The notes under the pieces are model-generated. The model was not told where the DNA came from and did not search any database. It saw only the letters and a program-made list of their open reading frames with translations. Below are positions 52,594-64,000 of a stretch of DNA of 64,000 nucleotides, piece by piece. Numbering within the stretch: position 1 is the first letter of the stretch; every line of letters begins with the position of its first letter. A program made the position numbers and the translations under genes. The stretch is from Octopus sinensis. Lineage: Eukaryota. The stretch lies in contig NC_043009.1 in the NCBI RefSeq assembly GCF_006345805.1, positions 32,302,001 to 32,366,000 of the forward strand. Reading direction: 5' to 3'.

Positions 52594-52711
52594 AATATAT
52601 TCATATATATATATATATATATAAATATATTCATATATATATATATATATTATATATATATATATAAAAATACATTCATATATATATATATGTGTGTGTG
52701 TGTATGTGTGT

Positions 52712-52990
52712 GGAGGCGCAATGCCCATTGGTTAGGGCAGCGGACTCGCGGTTTCGATTTCCAGACCGGGCGCTGTGAGTGTTTATTGAGCGAAAACCCC
52801 TAAAGCTCCACGCGGCTCCGACAGGTGGGGTGGCGATCCCTGCTGTACTCTTTCGCCACAACTTTCTCTCACTCTTTCTTCTGTTCGCTTGCTCGTTTAG
52901 CCAGCGGAGTGGCATCATTTGAAGGCTAAAACAATGCATTGTGACCAGCGATGTGTAGCAACATCTGATAGCCTGGTCGGTCACGGTGAT
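52712..52990 (+). mobile_element. SINE family C copy
   Basis: Homologous along its length to 1366-1664; B-box GGTTTCGATTTCC. Confidence 0.85.
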
Positions 52991-52994
52991 CACT

Positions 52995-53029
<35 letters not shown>

Positions 53030-53289
53030 GGAGTGGACCAGGTTAAATCCATGTTACATGTTTCTCCTGCCTCAGTCGCTCAGTTTGGATATTTATTCGT
53101 GTTCATAGCATTGGAATTTGTCATCTATGAACTTAAAAAATTTGTTTTCCCGTCATTGAACTGCAATATGAGAATCGTCTACAGCCTTCGATGCTAATGA
53201 TTTATTATTGTTCTTGAAAGTTGTTGTTTTTTTTTACATCTACAGCGGACTGTTCAAAGCTTACAAAGTTCCTACACTAAGATCACTAG

Positions 53290-53427
53290 AGCTCAAAATT
53301 GCATATCGACATTGTTCCGGGCTCCGTTTCACTGCGTGGCAACCTGAGCAAGTGTTTTTTGCTATAGCCTAAAGCTGGGCAATGCCTTGCGAGTGGATTT
53401 GGTAGACGGAAGCTGAAAGAAGCTCGT

Positions 53428-53511
<84 letters not shown>

Positions 53512-53643
53512 TGTGTGTTTGTTCCCCAGTATCACTTGACAACCAACGCTTGCAAAAGTAAGTCCTGGGGTCGATTTCTTTGACTAAAACCTTTTAAGTG
53601 GGTGCTCCAGCATGGCTGAAACAAGTAAAAGAGTAAAAGAATA
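53290..53643 (+). mobile_element. SINE family A copy with internal deletion in the 3' half
   Basis: GAGTGGATTTGGTAGACGGAAGCTGAAAGAAGC, (TA)n(TG)n spacer, GAGTAAAAGA tail. Confidence 0.8.
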
Positions 53644-53706
53644 CATGCATATATATATGTGTATATATATATATTTATATTATATTATATTATATTATAT
53701 TATATA

Positions 53707-53751
<45 letters not shown>

Positions 53752-53976
53752 GTGTGTGTGTGTGTGTCTGTGTGTTTGTTCCCCAGTATCACTTGACAAC
53801 CAACGCTTGCAAAAGTAAGTCCTGGGGTCGATTTCTTTGACTAAAACCTTTTAAGTGGGTGCTCCAGCATGGCTGAAACAAGTAAAAGAGTAAAAGAATA
53901 CATGCATATATATATGTGTATATATATATATTTATATTATATTATATTATATTATATTATATAATGTATATATATA

Positions 53977-54022
<46 letters not shown>
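53511..54022. repeat. Near-identical tandem duplication, 257-bp period
   Basis: CTGTGTGTTTGTTCCCCAG at 53511 and 53768; the non-repetitive portion is identical. Confidence 0.9.
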
Positions 54023-54025
<3 letters not shown>

Positions 54026-54526
54026 CTTAAGTTTTTAATCATTTGAAGACTTTTTGTTAAGAAGCAATTGGTTTGAAACAATAATACAAAGTTCGTTCAT
54101 TGGTAACACAACCAACGGCATATAGCGTATTCACTCTAGAAGATGCGTTGCCTCTTTTTACTCCCCAATTAGAGATTGTATGTGTAATACAATTTATTTT
54201 TCGAGATTATCACTTAGATATTTACCTACAAAATCAAGTGCAACAATTGTTATTGGTTTATTATAAATGTGAATTTACAATGTAGATATAAAAGCTGAAG
54301 TTTTCGAATCAACTGTCCATTATTATGTTCTTACATTTTGATATTCAATGAGAAAGATAGCTCACCTCTACAACGGCACATATTTTTCTGTCTGTTCCAA
54401 ACAGCCATATCTGGCCCGTTACATGTACGTACGCTTGTATGTATAAGCATAAATCTAAAATATGTATGTATAATATAATAATCACATACACACGTACCGA
54501 CGCACACGCTCCTAGTATTGAATTTA

Positions 54527-54582
<56 letters not shown>

Positions 54583-54769
54583 TATATATATATACATACA
54601 TACACATGTACCCAGACACACAGGAATCAGTCATACGCTCTCACATATGTATAGCTGTATTAGACATCACACCTAAAAGAGAAAAGAACGAACTGGCTGT
54701 AAGGTCAACACTTTCGTTTTGCTGATCTTGAATTAAGGAGCATTTAAGGTGTGGCAAATAGAAAGAGGC

Positions 54770-54931
54770 AGGGTGGCACCATTCATTAGGTGCTAAATTA
54801 GTTACCAACCCTGAAAGGCATGAAAGACAAAACTGACCTCAAAAGATTTTGAACTCAGTGCAATCAATGAGCGGGAAGAAGTTTGGAAAACTATACGTCC
54901 GCACGTTGTAACGATTCTACTAAACGACCGC
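54770..54931 (-). mobile_element. Degenerate SINE family B-like copy
   Basis: CCCTGAAAGGCATGAAAGACAAAACTGACCTC...TTTGAACTCAG matches 48535-48582. Confidence 0.55.
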
Positions 54932-55140
54932 GTGATATGACTCATAAAGAAGCACATGCGCACCCAAACACCACACACACACCCAAACACCGCACACGCA
55001 CCCAAACACCGCACACACACGCACGCACCCATGCAAGCACGTGCACCATACACATATGTATGTATATATATATATATATATACATCATAAATACATATAC
55101 ACATCATATATATATATAAATATATATATATGATACACAT

Positions 55141-55216
<76 letters not shown>

Positions 55217-58200
55217 GTGTGTGGGTGGTGTATTTATGTATATATATGTACATGTACATAATGACATTTCTTTGAAACAGAATAATGATGGATGGATTAA
55301 TATAAATATTTGCATCAGCGTAAGTATTGGAATTGTGAAATATCATGTCCTCTGATCTACACCGAACAATGACCAGACAAAGTTGATATGTATATTAAAT
55401 ACATACCGACTGTCTACATAAATATATACCTTTGTATTGATCTATCAAAACTGTATTTTTTTATTATTATTCGAAGATGAACAAGATGTTGTATATATTA
55501 TGATTGCTTTATAGGTATATCAAAGACCACTTTTGTTGATATTCAGCCAATATTTACAATTTAGAGGCTATAAAATGTTAAACATTTCAATGCATTATCC
55601 CTACTGCATTGAAACACATAATGTACACAATTTCCATGCAAACTGTTGTATATATATGTGTGTGTATGTATACATATTTATATATGAATGTGCGTGTCTA
55701 TATACATGCAGGAGAAAATGTATAGAATACATTTGGTTGAGTTTATCAATTCACTGGAAGCTGTTGGTTCATTACAGTAGTTTCGGAATGAATCGCCAGC
55801 TATGAACGATTACATACAAATATAGGCATACACACACCGTGCGCGCGCCGACACACACACACACACGCACGCACGCGCGCGCACGCACACACACAAAGAA
55901 TTGTATATATACGTCTGCATGTGTGTATGTACATGAATATATATAAACATATATACGCATGTACATGTATATGTGTGTATATGTATATATATATCTATAT
56001 ATATATACATATATATGTATATATATATACATATATATGTATATATATATATATCCAGGCACACACACATGCACACACACACTCTCTCTCTCACATACAC
56101 ACACACACATATATAAATACGTATTTATGTATATATGTGTGTATATTTATATGTATATATATATGTACACATATATATATATTTGTTTGTGTATATATAT
56201 ATGTATGTATGTATGTGTATATACGTCTGTTCATGTGAGTGTATATGTACATTACGATATATTTACGGTTCAAGTTGAGCAAGCCACTATGGCCACGTGC
56301 TCACTCACCTACATGTAACATGCAAAGAAACTATTGAGAATATTGAAGACATAACATGTTGAATTTCTTAACTTCAAATATGTTTCTAGTGTCTGTGGAC
56401 ATAAGCGTGTCTTCGTATGTGTGTGTGTCTGTTCGTTTGCGCATGCGTTTCTGTGTGTGTGTTCTTTTACGCGTTTTAATTGATGATATTTCCAATGATT
56501 CCGGAACTGATGTGTAACTGCACACGGATGACTTTGTGATATTCGCATCAATAAGATATGCAGGTTAAAGTGACTTTGCAGCTGCAACTGGTTTAAACAG
56601 ATACAATGTCTGGATGAAAGCTAGGTAGATGACTGCAGGATGATATTTGAGCCAATAAAATGCAAATCGATGTTTTTCTTTTATGAAGGAAAAGAAGAAC
56701 ATGGAACCTTGAATTGCGCTTTGGGAACTATAAGCGGCTATTGAAAAATGAATTTTTCATAGCTGTCAATATTCTGCATGTCAACATAGAAAGAAAGTTA
56801 GTATGTGTAGAATCTATAGCAGAGCTGTAGAGAGCCTAGCGATGTTATATAAGGTTGCAAATAAGTTGTATAAAAGAGAAAATCTACCTTTTACATAGTA
56901 CAAGTCTTAAAGCATCACTGAATATATGTATACACTCGATGAACGCTTCGTGTATTTTAAAAACTAACTTAAGTTGGTAAAATGTCGAAAAAACCTCTTT
57001 GCTATTTTTCGATCTGCTAAAAAAATGGTAACCAAAGAATCGTTGTTCAGTCGCATTCTACAGTGGTACTAAAAGGAAGGATACATGGGTGAGATGGAGA
57101 AGTAGAGAGATACGTTGTTAGAAATAGAGAAGGCATGTTACTAATGAAACAGTTTCGATCATACCGGATTGATCATCACAGACCTAGGGTTAAACGTCAA
57201 GTATAAGACCTAACTTAAAATAGTTTCACGTGTCCGATTGATAGAAACGCAGCCATTACAAACTCGGGTCAATCGAGAAAGTAAATGAGGAAAACTCATC
57301 ATAATGCCACGGAGAACTCAAATCTATGTTGCTTTCTTTGAATAAGAACATCGAAGTATCAGAATCAACTGTTAAATTATAATATTCATACGTTAGAAAA
57401 AAGATTTCATAATCCAAACACCGGTAACTACAGCTCACTTTTAGAATTTGCAGTTAAAATTCCTCTAAGTTATCAGAATGTATACATTGAAATGTCAACG
57501 ACACAGACTCCAGATATAGAAGAAAGTGTCGCTTTCTTCTTTCTCTGACTTGGCACCAAAATCCACGTATCACATGATAATCTATTATATGTATCCCTCA
57601 AGCAAAGTAAAGCTGTTAGTGAGATGTCACGGTTCTATTTTGCATACATTGTTGCAACAATTTCACGCGCATTATTCATGTTTATTCCCATATAATCTCT
57701 TTCATTGTGCTTTATAAGTCTGAAAAATTTCGTTTCTGTAACAAATCAATATATTATGTAAATATTTTAAACTGCTCATCGTAATGTTCATTCTCTTGCG
57801 TCATCAATCTTTACAAAAAATGGCTTCAAAAGCAAAAATCTGTTTAAACATTTCAATTTTTTTATGTAAATATGAGTTTCTTCAACATTTTAAAAATTCT
57901 ACATATGAATCTAAAACTATATCCGTAGAAAATTATAAAAATTAAAGAAAATAATAACAGAAACAATTTATTGGATATTATTTTATATCTAGTTTAAAAC
58001 TTTGCTATCTATCTGACAGAAATCGAGGATAAAAATTTGCAAAAATAACTGCCAAACTTTACGACATAAAAAAAAATCACCAATTGATCATCAAGGTGTC
58101 AAATATTTGGAAAATATTTTGTCATATTTTAATTAGAAATTCCTGTTTTTTGACATTGACTTAGAATTGCAGGTATTAAGTTGTAAATATCTATGACATG

Positions 58201-61200
58201 TTGATACTATGGAACATTCTCTTTCTGCGCTTTGTCTATTTTGTTTTACAAAATTTCAAAAATTATGCAAAGAATTTTAGAAAAGAATGTGAAATACACA
58301 GTACAAATATTCCCGCAGCTTGATGGCTCAAGCGATATGGAATACAGAAGTGATGAATGATAGGACACACAGATGTAAATCAGTTATATACAGAATTAAC
58401 TTGTTTGGACATCATCATCATCATCATCATCATCTTTATCACCATATTACTATCACCGCTACCACAGCCACCACTATCAGCAACAGCAGCAGAAATTTCA
58501 ACTATTGTGTGCCAGTTTCAAGATGCAAACCTCTCGAAGCTGGCTTCACTAGGTTTTGTCTTGTGCCATTGTCATCGATGTGACGACGTTTATAAATGTA
58601 TTTAATTCACTTCTATCTCTGTATTGATTGTGTGAACATGTTGTCCCTCACTGTGTTTGCTATACACTCTCTTGCCCAACGATCGTCATTTACTTGGGGT
58701 AAACACCCTTCTCGCCTCCATTTCTTTTAAATAATCTTTTTATGATATCGTCTACTTTCGTTTTCTTTCATTTATTGAATTTAGTAAGCAAATAAAACTA
58801 CAAAGCATCATAAGGTTCGTTTAAATGATTCCTAACATACAACTTGCGATATTTCTTTGCATGTTTTAAAGTTTATGTTCCATGTTTGTAAACCTTGCCG
58901 TTGACTCCATAACTCGTTGCTGGTATCATGCATCAGTCAATCACTCCGTACTTTATACATTGTCACATTGTACTTTCCATGATGTAACTAACTCTATCCA
59001 ACACTTAATCCTGCGACTTCGTCCGAAATGGTTGTCTTGAACCCTTCTCGAATATTCTTTACAAATACATATGTCAGTTGCTATAGTACCATAGATGGCA
59101 TTGTCGATGTTAGTTCGCCTAAAATTCGTTTCATTTTTTGTGTGTGTGTGTGTCTCATTTTAGTGAACTACGCCGTATGACTCAAGGATTCGACAAAGTA
59201 ACTTTTGGATGCTGCGCTGCAATGCATCCTGAAAAGGTTTCAATAGGATGGAAAGTAAAAAGGCTAATATTGTCGAAAACGTGAGTCATACGGCGTAGTT
59301 CACTTAAATCGGCAAGATTTGTATTATTTGAAAGAGTAACAGAAAGGAATGAAATTACTATGAAGAATAAAGTATTAAATGTTTTGTACAAAATCTTCTG
59401 TTATAACGGGAAGGAAATAAAAAAGAAGACAGGAGTTTCAATAGAATGTCATTGCTATTGAAGGCATAAACCTAAATGAAATGGTTATTTAAGTTCTCTT
59501 TGCTTATAGATGATGTTGTATCTGACTTGTAATTGGCCGATTGTTGAAAAACAACTTCTAAATCTTTCTCATTTCTTTGGAAAATTCCGACATAATGTTG
59601 ATGCCATTTGTTAGAATTTTGGTTAATAATTTATACAAGTAAAGCAAGAAGCTCAGAGATTAGTAATTTTTAAAATCTATTACAGCTGCTTTTTTGTATA
59701 GAAAAAAATATGGAAGTCGGAAAGTGTCTTTTGTGTTCTTCAAAAAGTGAATGAGTCACTGTTTGTAGGTTACTAGTGGGTTTTTTTCATACAATGAATC
59801 AATCAAATGCAATCCCAACAGCTAAAATAATATCGTTATCAGTCTTTTATGCAATAATGCTAACATTTTCTGACTCTATTAAGTGCAAAATATTAAATAA
59901 TCAAAACATTTATCTGGTTTCTATTTGGAACTATTTCCATTAATTATAATAGCTATAATGCAATAGATATATATTTATATATATAATTACGCTGACCGTA
60001 CGGCAACAGAAATATTTATGCTTATATATATATATATACATATCTATATGTGTGTGTGTTTGTGTGTGTGCGTGTGCGTGTGTATATATGTGTGCGTGCG
60101 TGAGTGTTTGCCACAAATTATTAATTTTAAAAGTTCATCTGTGTAAATATTTTACTCAAATTGGGTCAAATTCTGGAGAGATTAAATGAATATTTTAAAG
60201 TAAATAGTCCTACATCAAATTTAAAGTAAATAGTGTCCTAGATCAATACGATAAGGTACGAGTTATAAATATAGAGTTGACCTTAAAATGTTACAAACTT
60301 ACAGACATACTTGCAGTTTGATCATATCCAAATTTGCTTCAACGAAATAAATTCTCAACGAATATTAAGCAAAAGAACCTGAAATAAAACCAGAAACGAC
60401 ATATTCTTTTCAATCTACCAGAATATATTAAATATGAAAGTTAAACCCCCCAAAAGATTAAATAAAAATGGTGTTTGTATTGTATTGCAGACATATGCGA
60501 AGATATATTTCCAGTAAGATGAGATAGAAAAGTTATGAAAGAAAAGTGAAAAAAGACTACATCTTAGTAAAAGCATTCATTACTTGGACTCTATTTAAAG
60601 AATTACTTATCTATCGAAAAAGCCTACAGTAATTGCTTATCTGTGCGCATGGCTTAGACAAGGGGGATAAAACACGATTGCTATATGCTTATAATGCATT
60701 TTCTAAAATCCTACAAAAGCTGTAAGAAAACATATAAAGTTCTAAAACGGATTAAAAAAAGAGAATGAAAATATGTCCACGAAATCTGTAAAAGAATTAA
60801 GAAAATATTTATATCAATTTGTTCCAATGGGTCTCGAGCTATTTTGAGAAGAAATGTTTCGCAATTCCTATACATTTGTTTATATTCAGCAATAGATATG
60901 TTCCATCTATGGTATCACCACCATTAAGCATACTGAATACCTTCTGAAAGATATGGATTTCTCACTGGAATAAAATAATTTTATAATTCCGAACTTTTGA
61001 ACAGAGTGTTTATTATTTGTTATCTTCATGAAATGATTACGTTTTAAACAAATACATGTGAACAAGGAAAGAAAAAAATTTTGTTTTTTCTTCGAAGATA
61101 TATTTGAAAATACAATATAAAAAGTGGCATATTGGAGTAATCGTATTCGTGAACTGAAGGCCCATGGCTGAATTGCTGATGAACGCAATCAACCCTCTAC

Positions 61201-62899
61201 TTATATTCGAGTAGCATATAGCATATTACAGTTACAAGCTTCATAAATGTTATGACAAGGCAATAAATAAACGATACAATATGTTATTGCATTCCTTTTT
61301 GGTTCAAGCTATGATCTGGGCCTACACAAGCATTGCGATACAGACATGAAAGACATTACAATGTTTATTTTCATGTCTTTGAGTATATCAATGTATACAT
61401 TACCAACTATTAATATTCTTCATGTAAAGACAGCAATGAGTAATTCGAGGGAAATCTGCGTAGAGGCTTCCTCTTCCGTACATTTTATATCGTTACTTTT
61501 GAGCTGTTAAATCTGATCAGACAGTATGGGGGCCATAGACGTTCACTTGCTTATGGATATCGGAATAATGAGATAAGCAATGGATGCTTGTATCTGGCGA
61601 GTGTCCCTGATAAAAGGGAAAAGTGTTCATCAGTGTAGATACCTGAATGACACGCTTAGCAGGCATTCAACCATAAATCTGAACAGAAACTCTTGTATTC
61701 GAAGATATTCCTTCACTTCTGAATAGTTTAATAATGAAATGAGTTTAATAAGCAATCAATTGTAGCATAGATGCCATGGCACAGTTTGTTATCAAAGGTA
61801 CAACCAGAATGATATGGCAAATTTGGCGAAGAAAATTAAGGAAGCCAGAAGTAATTCTGAGCATATGAGACGATATTTGGCACAAACAGAAGTTAAATTC
61901 AATGTAGCATAAGAATGAATCATTTCACAAAGTTACACTAGCGCCACTATTTTCCTCAGTCATAGTTAAATGGATTGGGCTATTTCAGAATTAAGTGTCA
62001 CAGTCCAAGATACAACCATGATGTTGATTATATACATACTCAGTATATAGGCATCGAGGTTATTTTTGTCGATATCACTGCTTACACCTATCTCTCTAGC
62101 GCTCTCTGTATATGTCGTTCAGTATATTAGGCTGCAGATTCCGCCAAGGTAGCACCGGTCTTCTGCAAACGTTCTGTTTGAATACATGTTTGTAAAACTA
62201 AAGAAAATGGCTAGTATCACTTTGATACCATAAATACCACGTGGACTGAGCTGAATAATAGAGGAATAAACATTAAGAGGTCTTTCTCGAATCTCTCTCA
62301 AACACTCCACCTTGCCTCATGAAATGAATATGTTCTAGATGCTCGCGAAACTTTAAGTCATGTGCAGCTGAGTAAAAGTATTATTAAAATATATGTACTA
62401 AATGTACTGAGTGCTACTCTCTCATATTTACAGAACCAATCGTTTACATGTTTATTGCAATCTGACTGATCACCAACGCGATTGAGCACTCTCATATGGT
62501 AGTCATTTGCTGTTGTTTATTAGAAAAAAATTCATAATTATTTTCTACTTGTTTATTATTTCTAGCACGTTTCTTTCCGTCTGCTGCGAGATTCATCAAG
62601 GCGCAAAATACAGTAAATACGTGATCTGTACATGCAGTTCTTTAATCGATCATTCCGCTGATGATAATTACAGAATATACGACACAATGCCTACGCTCTG
62701 AAACCGTTTTAATTCGATATTTATTTTAACACCTATCGTTATAGATTCCATTCTAAATACATAACAGCAGATTGATAAACACACAAACACACATACATGG
62801 ACAGACACGCATCAGATACACTGAAACAGTTAGTGGCACTGGGTGAAGCTCCGCGATTCACTTCATCAGTGCTTCAAACAGGAATGGAGGTTCTCATAT

Positions 62900-63037
62900 A
62901 GGCGCAAAATCACCAGTTTTTTCTGTGTTCAATCCCACAAACCATGCACACTTTGGGCAAGTGTCAGCTGCTAATGACCCGAGCCAACCAATGCCATGTG
63001 AATGGATTTCGTAGACGGAAACTCTAAGTGGCCCCTC

Positions 63038-63086
<49 letters not shown>

Positions 63087-63323
63087 CTTTTATTCATTTA
63101 GTTCTTCCAGTCATTTGACTGACGCCATGCTGGAGCACCATCTTTAGTCGAACAAACCGACCCTAAGACTTATTCTTTGTAAGCACAGTACTTATTATAT
63201 CGGTCACTTTTGGCTAACCGGTAATTAATGGGGACGTAAACACACCAACATCGGTTGGCAAGCGATGGTGGGGAGACAAACACAGACACCCCAAAATATA
63301 CATATACAAACATACATGCATAT

Positions 63324-63399
<76 letters not shown>

Positions 63400-63790
63400 C
63401 ACACTCATACGATGGGCTTCTTTCAATTTCCGTCAATTTAGTTGGCCTGGGGCTATAGTGGAAAACACTTGCCCAAGGTGCCACCAATGGGACTGAACCC
63501 CGAACCATGTGGATTGGAAGTAAACTTGTTACAACACAGCCACGCGCGCACGCGTGTTTGTGTGTGTGTGCGCGTCTGTGAGTGCACCTTTGTAGTTGTA
63601 TTCGTCTCCCACCACCTTTTGACAACTGGTGCTGGTTTGTTTAATTCACCCTAACGTAGCGGATCGGCGATAGAGATCGATACAATACGTACCAGGTTTT
63701 AAAATAATGACCACGATTGTCTATTCGCTCAACTAAATGCTGGAAAGAATTAGCATAGCAAGGCGGCAGTCCAATGATTAAAAGAAGTAA
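62900..63790 (+). mobile_element. Old SINE family A copy (5' half 62900-63040, 3' half ~63590-63790) split by an antisense family A copy
   Basis: CTTTGGGCAAGTG...GGATTTCGTAGACGGAAACT before the TA run; TTGACAACTGGTGCTGG...GCGGATCGGC after the insert. Confidence 0.7.
63085..63546 (-). mobile_element. SINE family A, full length, nested
   Basis: Collinear with 12003-12404, including head (GGGACTGAACCC) and tail. Confidence 0.85.
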
Positions 63791-64000
63791 TTGATAAAGG
63801 ATACTTTTTTAGACAACATTTTCTGAACGTTTGAAACAGTTACAAGTTGGCTGTTAAGATGGATGTCTGTATCGTTGAATATTTTTGGTTGTAGTGTGTG
63901 ATTTGTGAAGTGGCAATTGTCCAGGCAGTTGTAGCTACCCACTGCATTTTGAATGCTGAGGAATGTGTTGCGCAGGTTTTGTTAGGGAGTGTATTGTTAC

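Noticed and set aside
60900-62400. Microsatellite-free, higher-complexity stretch that could be a decayed gene
   Set aside because: All frames are broken and I recognised no domain motif.
62826-62873. Minus-strand hairpin containing CTGATGA (hammerhead- or SECIS-like)
   Set aside because: Lacks the GAAA of a hammerhead and the 3' GA of a SECIS quartet.

Overview
AT-rich, microsatellite-dense eukaryotic DNA. The SINE families suggest a coleoid cephalopod, probably Octopus (from memory, not a database search). I could not support any host protein-coding gene, true tRNA/rRNA gene or CRISPR array; most ORF-track hits are translated microsatellites. The window is a retroelement graveyard. It contains three tRNA-derived SINE families, a TTAA-flanked MITE, Penelope-like fragments (two with GIY-YIG remnants), R4/Dong-like RLE LINE fragments that all sit in (TAA)n tracts (three stacked in one tract), and a Tx1-type ORF2 3' fragment in (TCTA)n. 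The most interesting structure is at 12.55-15.92 kb. Two diverged ~1.5-kb elements that encode only an ORF1/gag-like CCHC protein (no RT or endonuclease) lie head-to-tail inside the tRNA-like head of a SINE. The same ~14-16-bp target (AAGAAGCNTGCTT) occurs at all three junctions, and their 3' terminal motif is shared with the Tx1 ORF2 fragment. This looks like a SINE-targeting, non-autonomous 'half-Tx1' family. Other signals are a fold-back 5' junction in a Dong-like insertion, degenerate hammerhead-like motifs, and a tandem 67-bp unit that can fold as a compact H-type pseudoknot.
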